In this document: one piece after another, positions 15,975 through 22,230 of the stretch | How positions within the stretch are numbered: the stretch's first letter is position 1 | Layout of the letters: each line of letters begins with the position of its first letter | NCBI GenBank assembly: GCA_902795825.1 | Contig: CADBML010000087.1 | Span: forward strand, 1 to 38,815 | DNA from: an uncultured Bacteroidales bacterium | GTDB taxonomy: Bacteria > Bacteroidota > Bacteroidia > Bacteroidales > Muribaculaceae | Reading direction: 5' to 3' | DNA length: 38,815 nucleotides | Position numbers and translations under genes: made by a program | The notes under the pieces: model-generated | What the model saw: the letters and a program-made list of their open reading frames with translations, nothing else | Told to the model about the DNA's origin: nothing | Databases searched by the model: none

Positions 15975-17051
15975 ATGGAAAAACTTGAAAGCATATACAT
16001 CAACGGACTCGACCCGAGTCGCCCGCTTATTATCGCCGGTCCGTGCAGTGCCGAAAGCCGCGAACAGGTGCTTGAAACTGCACGTCTGCTTGCCGGAGGT
16101 GGCATAAAAGTGTTCAGAGCCGGCATTTGGAAACCCCGCACCCGCCCGGGAGGCTTTGAAGGAGTGGGGGAGAAGGGCCTCGAATGGCTCCGTGAAGTCA
16201 AAGAGCGCACCGGCATGCTCGTCACTACCGAGGTGGCTACCCGTCATCATGTCGAGGCGGCATTGTCGGCGGGGGTCGATTTGCTTTGGATTGGCGCACG
16301 CACGTCGGCAAATCCGTTTGCCATGCAGGAGATTGCCGATGCCATCGCCGATATTAACACCGACATCCCCGTGCTTGTCAAAAATCCCGTAAATCCCGAC
16401 ATCGAACTCTGGATTGGCGCACTTCAACGCCTTTACAACGCCGGAATACATCGGTTGGGGGCTATACATCGTGGATTCTCCACCTACGGCCGACATCTCT
16501 ACCGCAACCTCCCGCAATGGCACATCCCCATCGAACTCCGCCGCCGTATTCCCGGGCTGCCCGTAATTGTCGATCCCAGCCACATGGGCGGCCGCCGTGA
16601 ACTGGTGGCTCCTCTCGCCCAACAGGCTTTCGATATGAGTTTCAGTGGTCTAATCATCGAAAGCCACTGCGACCCCGACAGCGCTTTGTCGGACAAAAAT
16701 CAGCAAATCACCCCCGAAGTCTTAAATTTCATATTAAATACTCTTGTCGTGAGAAATTCTAACGAATCTACTGAAAGTCTGACGCTTCTACGCCAGAAAA
16801 TCGATCAAATCGACAACGAACTCGTCGAATTGTTCAACCGCCGGATGGAAGTCAGCCGCGAAATCGGCCAATACAAAAAAGAGCATCGGATGTCGGCGGT
16901 GCAACCCGGACGCTACGGCGACCTTATGGTGAGCCGAATCCGAATGGCCCAAGAAATGGGAATGAGCGAGGAGTTTATGCGTTCCGTGCTCACGGCAATC
17001 CACGATGAGTCGGTGCGTCAGCAAATCGAAGTTATTAACGACCGCAGATAA
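15975..17051 (+). CDS. bifunctional 3-deoxy-7-phosphoheptulonate (DAHP) synthase / chorismate mutase
   Basis: 358 aa. The N-terminal AroA(G)-type DAHP synthase has GPCS.ES, and the C-terminal type II chorismate mutase helix has LRQKIDQIDNELVELFNRRMEVSREIG. Confidence 0.9.
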   Translation: MEKLESIYINGLDPSRPLIIAGPCSAESREQVLETARLLAGGGIKVFRAGIWKPRTRPGGFEGVGEKGLEWLREVKERTGMLVTTEVATRHHVEAALSAGVDLLWIGARTSANPFAMQEIADAIADINTDIPVLVKNPVNPDIELWIGALQRLYNAGIHRLGAIHRGFSTYGRHLYRNLPQWHIPIELRRRIPGLPVIVDPSHMGGRRELVAPLAQQAFDMSFSGLIIESHCDPDSALSDKNQQITPEVLNFILNTLVVRNSNESTESLTLLRQKIDQIDNELVELFNRRMEVSREIGQYKKEHRMSAVQPGRYGDLMVSRIRMAQEMGMSEEFMRSVLTAIHDESVRQQIEVINDRR

Positions 17052-17061
17052 TCCTTTCGCC

Positions 17062-17835
17062 ATGAAGATTTTGATTTTAGGAGCCGGCAAGATGGGCTCG
17101 TTCTTTTGCGACATCCTTTCGTTCACCCACGACGTGGCCGTTTATGACCCTGACCCTCAACGCTTGCGCTTCACGTTCAACTGCCAACGGTTTTCGTCGC
17201 TCGACGAGGTTGATGCCTTCGACCCTGACATGGTCATCAACGCCGCCACGGTGAAATTCACTATTCCGGCTTTCGAGGATGTCATGCCCCACGTCAGGCA
17301 AACGTGCATTCTTTCCGACATCGCTTCGGTGAAAACCGGTCTGCCGGAGTTTTACGCTTCGTGCGGACATCCTTTCGTCAGCACCCACCCCATGTTCGGA
17401 CCGACATTCGCCTCGTTGTCGAACCTCAGTTCGGAGAACGCCATCATCATCAGCGAAAGCGACCATCTAGGCAAAGTGTTTTTCAAGGACCTTTACAACT
17501 CGCTTCATCTTCATATCGAGGAGTACTCATTCGAGCAGCACGACCTCACGATTGCCTATTCGTTGTCGATTCCGTTCGCATCCACGCTCGTTTTCGCTTC
17601 AGTCATGAAGCATCAGGATGCGCCTGGCACGACTTTCAAGCGACACATGGCCATAGCCCGCGGACTGATGGGCGAGGACGACTATCTGCTCAGCGAAATC
17701 CTTTTCAATCCCAATTCGCTCGACCAGTTGTCGCACATTCAGGAGAAACTCACCGAACTTGAAGGCATCATCGCCCGCCGTGACTCCGACGAAATGCGCC
17801 AGTTCCTCTCCCGCGTCCGCGACAATCTAAAGTAA
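17062..17835 (+). CDS. tyrA: prephenate dehydrogenase
   Basis: The start was moved to MKILILGAGKMG (Rossmann GxGxxG). The track's upstream start at 17005 overlaps the previous gene. The protein has THPMFGP-type motifs. Confidence 0.85.
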   Translation: MKILILGAGKMGSFFCDILSFTHDVAVYDPDPQRLRFTFNCQRFSSLDEVDAFDPDMVINAATVKFTIPAFEDVMPHVRQTCILSDIASVKTGLPEFYASCGHPFVSTHPMFGPTFASLSNLSSENAIIISESDHLGKVFFKDLYNSLHLHIEEYSFEQHDLTIAYSLSIPFASTLVFASVMKHQDAPGTTFKRHMAIARGLMGEDDYLLSEILFNPNSLDQLSHIQEKLTELEGIIARRDSDEMRQFLSRVRDNLK

Positions 17836-17860
17836 GCGTCAACTTTTCAAGACGCATAAC

Positions 17861-17897
17861 AATAAAGCGGCTCGAAATTTAGAGCCGCTTTATTGTG
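17861..17897 (+). terminator. intrinsic terminator of the aromatic operon
   Basis: 13-bp stem AATAAAGCGGCTC/GAGCCGCTTTATT followed by a T-rich tail. Confidence 0.75.
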
Positions 17898-17928
17898 GTT
17901 TGTATGCGTTTATAACTGTTTGCGTCGA

Positions 17929-18048
17929 TTATTCTACGACGATTTTCTTGGCAGTGCCGTCGGTGTAGCGGACGATTACGGCTTGGCCGCGTACGGGTTC
18001 AATGAGGCGGACGCCCCTAAGGTCGTAGTAGCAATCGACTTCCTTAGT
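17929..18048 (-). pseudogene. orphan C-terminal fragment of a T9SS-sorted protein
   Basis: The minus strand translates to TKEVDCYYDLRGVRLIEPVRGQAVIVRYTDGTAKKIVVE*, a typical Por_Secre_tail ending. It has no start codon. The frame is closed upstream by the TAG of the repeat terminus at 18064-18066. Confidence 0.45.
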
Positions 18049-18183
18049 CGCCTCGGCAGGATTCTACCCCTCAGTCATCTCGCTGCGCTCGCTGACAGCT
18101 CCCCTAGCAGGGGAGCATTTTCTCAAGCGAACTCCAAAAATCCTCCCCTAGCAGGGGAGGCACCCGATCGGGCGGAGGGGTAG
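18049..18183 (+). repeat. GC-rich REP-like element, copy B
   Basis: Same architecture as copy A (CTACCCCTC at 18064, GAGGGGTAG at 18175). It has an extended left terminus TCGCCTCGGCAGGATT, and the third hairpin is replaced by CCCGATCGGG. Confidence 0.85.
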
Positions 18184-18307
18184 ATTAGACCGAAATTATT
18201 TCACATGTAATAAGCTTTTTGCGCTGCAATAATTTGAAAATCATCTTGTTATAAAACCGAAACTTAAATGCAATTATTAAAAGACTTGTAATTTTTGTTA
18301 AGGAGTC

Positions 18308-18767
18308 ACAAAAACAAAAAAAACACTTTTACTGATTTCAATCTTTTCAAGATAATCGGTTAGTGTTAGTGGCAAATGACGTAAACTTGTTTACGGGCAT
18401 ACGCCACCAACACCAACCGACGCATTATATGCTTTGAAATCAGTAAAAGCAAAAACATAAAAAACGCGTGGGTTATTTTATGGGAAACAATAAAGGCAAT
18501 TTATGAAAATCCCCGATAGGGATATTATACAACTTCGCATCAGTTCATGACCGGAGTGAACGTTATTATTTGGATAGGGAACGGGGAAAATTTATGTTCC
18601 GTCGTCGCGGCTTTTTTTTGTTTTTGCTTGGAAGTGCGTTAGCCAAAGGCAGTTCTGCGACATTCGGGCAAGGACTGTTATGCCCCAGCATAAACAGAAC
18701 TTGAACGAATGGCTCAGAATGGGCTCATAGAGCCAGCGGCACTTCCAAGTGTTTTTATTGTTTTTGT
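18308..18767. mobile_element. TIR-bounded non-coding structured element (MITE-like), copy 1
   Basis: Termini ACAAAAACAAAAAAAACACT / AGTGTTTTTATTGTTTTTGT are 19/20 complementary. It holds a 124-nt compound hairpin (18326-18449) and a right-hand domain closed by CTTGGAAGTGC/GCACTTCCAAG (18627-18637 / 18739-18749). Homologous to 27081-27555. Confidence 0.7.
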
Positions 18768-18859
18768 TTCTTCGGCGACGCGGGTTTATGCGCAAGTGAT
18801 CAAAAAATTATTGAAATTTATGTTTATTTCCTCGATGATGTGGGGCTTGGGGGAGGGAT

Positions 18860-18890
18860 AAGAAAAAGCCTTCCTTGAGGGGAAGGCTTA
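18860..18890 (-). terminator. rpsO intrinsic terminator
   Basis: Stem AAGCCTTCC/GGAAGGCTT with a 6-nt loop, followed on the minus strand by TTTTTCT. Confidence 0.7.
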
Positions 18891-18917
18891 TCTGTAATCG
18901 TTAAGCAAAGCGGACGC

Positions 18918-19193
18918 TTACTTGCGGATACCGAGCTCTTTTTGGGCAATGATGGCGCGGTAGCGGTTGATATCGACTTTGATGAGATAGTCGAGCAAAC
19001 GGCGACGCTTACCAACAAGCTGCTTCAGAGCTCTCGCTGTGCTATAATCTTTGTGATTTGACTTCAAATGCTGAGTCAAATGAGCGATACGGATGGAGAA
19101 AAGTGCTATCTGCGCTTCAGGTGAGCCAGTATCAGTTTTGCTTTTACCGTATTTCTCGAAGATTTTCTCTTTGTCTTCAGAAGTGAGATACAT
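18918..19193 (-). CDS. rpsO: 30S ribosomal protein S15
   Basis: 91 aa, MYLTSEDKEKIFEKYGKSKTDTGSPEAQIALFSIRIAHLTQHLK... The start was trimmed from the track's 19241 to the conserved MYLT start. Confidence 0.95.
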   Translation of the reverse strand: MYLTSEDKEKIFEKYGKSKTDTGSPEAQIALFSIRIAHLTQHLKSNHKDYSTARALKQLVGKRRRLLDYLIKVDINRYRAIIAQKELGIRK

Positions 19194-19238
19194 TCTAAAT
19201 AGCGTTAATTGGTTAGTAATATTTTGGATTTGCGGGTG

Positions 19239-19246
19239 CAAAGGTA
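19239..19246 (-). promoter_or_regulatory. -7 box (TACCTTTG on the minus strand) for rpsO
   Basis: Exact TAnnTTTG match about 45 nt upstream of the rpsO ATG. Confidence 0.5.
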
Positions 19247-19340
19247 GTGCTTTTCGGCGAAACGCACAACTTTTTGCCCTGTTTTTTGTCTGTCAATGAA
19301 AAAAACGCGAATTGAAAGCCTTGGTCGGCGATGTCGAGAA

Positions 19341-19673
19341 TCATGCGAAGTCGTCGTCAGAGCTGGGGATGCTGTATTCGAGGCGTCCGTTGAGGTATTC
19401 TTCGGTGGCGATGAGAGTGGGCTTCGGGAGCTTCTCGTAATATTTAGAAATTTCGATTTGCTCGCGGTTTTCCGACACTTCTTCAAGGTTGTCGGTGGTG
19501 GTGGCGAAGTCCTGGAGTTTTTTCTCGAGGTCGCGCTTCATCTCCTGGGCGATTTGGTTGGCGCGCTTGGAGATAATGGCGACGGTTTCGTAGATGTTGC
19601 CCGTCTCGCTTGCCATTTTGACGGTGTCGCGAGTGATGGTGTTTGTGGGGGCGTTGCTTCTCTTGTAGTCCAT
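19341..19673 (-). CDS. rpoZ: Bacteroidota-type RNA polymerase omega subunit
   Basis: 110 aa. The block NIYETVAIISKRANQI resembles the omega core helix, and the gene has the conserved position directly downstream of bamD. Confidence 0.7.
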   Translation of the reverse strand: MDYKRSNAPTNTITRDTVKMASETGNIYETVAIISKRANQIAQEMKRDLEKKLQDFATTTDNLEEVSENREQIEISKYYEKLPKPTLIATEEYLNGRLEYSIPSSDDDFA

Positions 19674-19681
19674 TTCTTTAT

Positions 19682-20482
19682 TTATTCTTTAACGTATTTG
19701 CTTGCTATTTTGTAGATGTTGTCGGCCTCGCGGCGATTTTCGCCGTCGGGGTAGTTGTTGATGAACGAGTAGTATTCATCGACCACTTCGCGGAATCGGT
19801 CGGCTTTTTTCTCTTCCACGCTCTGGACGGCTTCCTGATAGCGTGATTTGAGCACAATCATTTCGAGTTCTTCCTTATATTTGGAGTAGGGGTAATCTTT
19901 GATGGCGTTTTGCGCCACGATGATTGCCGACTGGTAGTTGTTGCCCATATATGTGCCGAGGTTGTAGTAGAGCTGGGCGTTTTGCAATTCTTTGAGTGTC
20001 AGCTTATCCTGCATCTCAAAAATCGCCGCTTGGGCAATTGCCACCTTGTCGCTCGTCGGGAAGTATTCGATAAACGACTGCAGCTCCTTGATGGCTTTAA
20101 GCGTGACTGACTGGTCGAGCTGCGCTTCAGGGGAGTCGATGAAGTAGCTGTAGCCGCAGTAGTAGCGTGCCAGCTCGGCGTATTTGCCTTTGGGATAGCG
20201 GGTGTAATAGTTATGGAAATAAGCTGCCGAGTTGACGTAGTCCTTATTCTCGTAGTAGCTTAGCGCGAGCAGATAGAGAGTCTCTTCGGCCTTGTCGTTG
20301 GTTTTGAAAATGTTGACGAGGTCGGCGAGAATGGTGGAAGCTTGAGCATACTGACGGCGATCGAAAGCCTTCTTGGCATATTCGAATTTGTAGTTGTTGT
20401 CGCTGCTTTTGAGCACTTTCTGGTACTCTCCGCAAGAGGCCAACAAAAGCCCTGCCAATATGAATAAAAGATACCTGCGCAT
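19682..20482 (-). CDS. bamD: outer membrane protein assembly factor BamD (TPR lipoprotein)
   Basis: 266 aa with a lipobox LLASC and TPR-like YfiO repeats. Confidence 0.85.
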   Translation of the reverse strand: MRRYLLFILAGLLLASCGEYQKVLKSSDNNYKFEYAKKAFDRRQYAQASTILADLVNIFKTNDKAEETLYLLALSYYENKDYVNSAAYFHNYYTRYPKGKYAELARYYCGYSYFIDSPEAQLDQSVTLKAIKELQSFIEYFPTSDKVAIAQAAIFEMQDKLTLKELQNAQLYYNLGTYMGNNYQSAIIVAQNAIKDYPYSKYKEELEMIVLKSRYQEAVQSVEEKKADRFREVVDEYYSFINNYPDGENRREADNIYKIASKYVKE

Positions 20483-20506
20483 ATATGGTCGGATTATTTC
20501 AGACTA

Positions 20507-20514
20507 CAAAGGTA
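20507..20514 (-). promoter_or_regulatory. -7 box (TACCTTTG on the minus strand) for bamD-rpoZ
   Basis: Exact TAnnTTTG match about 25 nt upstream of the bamD ATG. Confidence 0.5.
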
Positions 20515-20719
20515 GTAATTATTTGCCAAATGGCGATGCTTTCCGCAATTTTTTACCATAAATTAACGAAAAAACAGCCTTTTCGTTTTGCCGACTGCCG
20601 AATAAATAGTATTTTTGACATCGGATTCCGACCGTTTTAGCATGGCGTTTGGCGATGCCGGTCGTAGATGACAGGTTTATTACTCTAGTTTTTAATGTAA
20701 AAATGTCACAGCCAAAGTT

Positions 20720-20965
20720 CCACCCCTCAGTCACTTGCCCTTCGTGCTGCGTGACAGCTCTCACGCTAAGGGAGCATTTCTCGTTGGCGACTTGCGAAAA
20801 TCCTCCCCTAGCAGGGGTGAATCATGCGAGCCGAGAGCAGAATGTCAAGCCTGCGAAAATCCTCCCCTAGCAGGGGAGGTGTCGGCGAAGCCGACGGAGG
20901 GGTAGAACCCTGCCGAGGCGATGACGATGTGAAGCAAGACGTGGCTCGTAGAGCCGGAGGGGTAG
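20720..20965 (+). repeat. GC-rich REP-like element, copy C (composite, about two units)
   Basis: Begins CCACCCCTCAGTCACTTGC and contains two CCTCCCCTAGCAGGGG modules. It has two right ends GAGGGGTAGAAC (20897 and 20957), with hairpins GTCGGCGAAGCCGAC and GGCTCGTAGAGCC. Confidence 0.85.
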
Positions 20966-21069
20966 AACAATTCGGAAAATTCATGACTAAATTCACCATA
21001 TTATTTCGCATCATATTGCATATTAATTGATTATAAAACAGAAACTTAAATTTATATTCCGTTCGAACT

Positions 21070-21774
21070 ATGGCAGTAATTCTGAATATCGACACATCCA
21101 CGACTGTCTGTTCGGTGGCTTTGACTGCCGACGGGCTGGTGTTGTTTCACCTTGAGGACACTCGCGGGCGCAACCATGCGGCTCTGCTCAGCGGCTTTGT
21201 GAAGCAGTGTCTCGACTATTTGGCCGGCAAAGAGTTGCGACTTGATGCCGTGGCTGTGGGAATAGGTCCGGGAAGCTACACGGGTCTTCGCATAGGTCTG
21301 TCGGAGGCGAAAGGGCTCGCCTATGCCCTCGATGTGCCATTGATAGGGGTCTCCACGTTGATGACCATGGCTGTGTCGGTGATGTTTTCCCGCGAGGTTG
21401 ACGAGACGGCTTTGCTCGTTCCGATGATCGACGCGCGCCGCATGGAGGTGTATGCCGCGGTTTACGACTATGCCCTAAACGAAGTTATGCCCCCCACGCC
21501 GGTCATTCTCGACGCCGACTCCTTCGGCGGCTATGCCGGCCGGCGGCTTCTGCTTTTCGGCGACGGCAGCGTCAAGGCCAAGGATGTGATTTTGCATGAA
21601 AACGTGGAGTTTGTCGATGGCGTTGCCCCGATGGCGGTGGATATGCTGGCGTTGTCGGAACGCGCCTACCGTAATGGCGATTTTCTCGACTTGGCATATT
21701 CCATGCCGGCTTATTTGAAAGATTATCAGGCGGTGAAGCCGCGCAATCCGCTCGACTCGCTTCTCGAAGGATAA
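21070..21774 (+). CDS. tsaB: tRNA t6A37 threonylcarbamoyltransferase complex subunit TsaB
   Basis: 234 aa. ILNIDTSTTVCSVAL...GPGSYTGLRIG is the typical YeaZ/TsaB pattern. Confidence 0.9.
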   Translation: MAVILNIDTSTTVCSVALTADGLVLFHLEDTRGRNHAALLSGFVKQCLDYLAGKELRLDAVAVGIGPGSYTGLRIGLSEAKGLAYALDVPLIGVSTLMTMAVSVMFSREVDETALLVPMIDARRMEVYAAVYDYALNEVMPPTPVILDADSFGGYAGRRLLLFGDGSVKAKDVILHENVEFVDGVAPMAVDMLALSERAYRNGDFLDLAYSMPAYLKDYQAVKPRNPLDSLLEG

Positions 21775-21775
21775 A

Positions 21776-21811
21776 CAAAGGGGCGGCTCAACAAGAGCCG
21801 CCCCTTTGTTT
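21776..21811. terminator. bidirectional intrinsic terminator (tsaB / trxA)
   Basis: Perfect 14-bp stem CAAAGGGGCGGCTC/GAGCCGCCCCTTTG with a 5-nt loop, flanked by an A-run and a T-run. Confidence 0.8.
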
Positions 21812-21830
21812 GCCCGAGGCAAATAGGGCT

Positions 21831-22157
21831 TTAGCGGGCGAGAAGAGCGTCGATGCGTGCGGCTACTTCAGCTTTTGGGAGCAGACCGGCTGTGCGCAGG
21901 TCGCGTTGCATTTCGCCGTTTTTAAAGAAGAGAAGGGTGGGAATCGACATGACGCGGAACTCGCTTGCGAGGTCGGTTTCGTCATCGACGTTGTATTTTC
22001 CGATTTCCACGCGGCCGGCATATTCTTCTGCCAGCTCTTCGATTGCCGGACCGAGGCGGAGGCATGGACCGCACCACGGTGCCCAAAAATCGACAACTAC
22101 CGGACCGCCGGCGGCGATGATTTCGCGGATGTTGTCGTCAGTAAATTGTTTAGCCAT
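21831..22157 (-). CDS. trxA: thioredoxin
   Basis: 108 aa with the WAPWCGPC active site. Confidence 0.95.
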   Translation of the reverse strand: MAKQFTDDNIREIIAAGGPVVVDFWAPWCGPCLRLGPAIEELAEEYAGRVEIGKYNVDDETDLASEFRVMSIPTLLFFKNGEMQRDLRTAGLLPKAEVAARIDALLAR

Positions 22158-22230
22158 AATGATAATTGCTTTGACGGTTATTTATTATTGTTGAATGATT
22201 TCTGCGAGGGAGGGGATGCAATTAGTGTGC

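Noticed and set aside
15788-16225. ORFs spanning the GC-rich repeats (15788-16225, 17893-18183, 20808-21101, 20824-21030, 26691-26900), which share peptide snippets such as SP.RGGFSQ.
   Set aside because: The shared peptides are simply translations of the repeat hairpins. The ORFs have different frames, lengths and starts at each locus and overlap real genes or promoters.
18357-18419. Integron attC-like site, given an imperfect hairpin with bulged bases and GTTAG/CCAAC-like arms.
   Set aside because: The arm order is GTT...AAC on both strands, the opposite of attC (RYYYAAC...GTTRRRY). There is no integron integrase or cassette structure in the window.
18592-18795. ORFs inside the TIR-bounded elements (18592-18795 minus; 27133-27453 minus; 27310-27492 plus), plus a short signal-peptide-like plus-strand ORF (M.RRRGFFLFLLGSA).
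   Set aside because: The two copies differ by a 1-nt indel within the shared stretch, so neither strand keeps a common reading frame. The conservation pattern follows helices, not codons.
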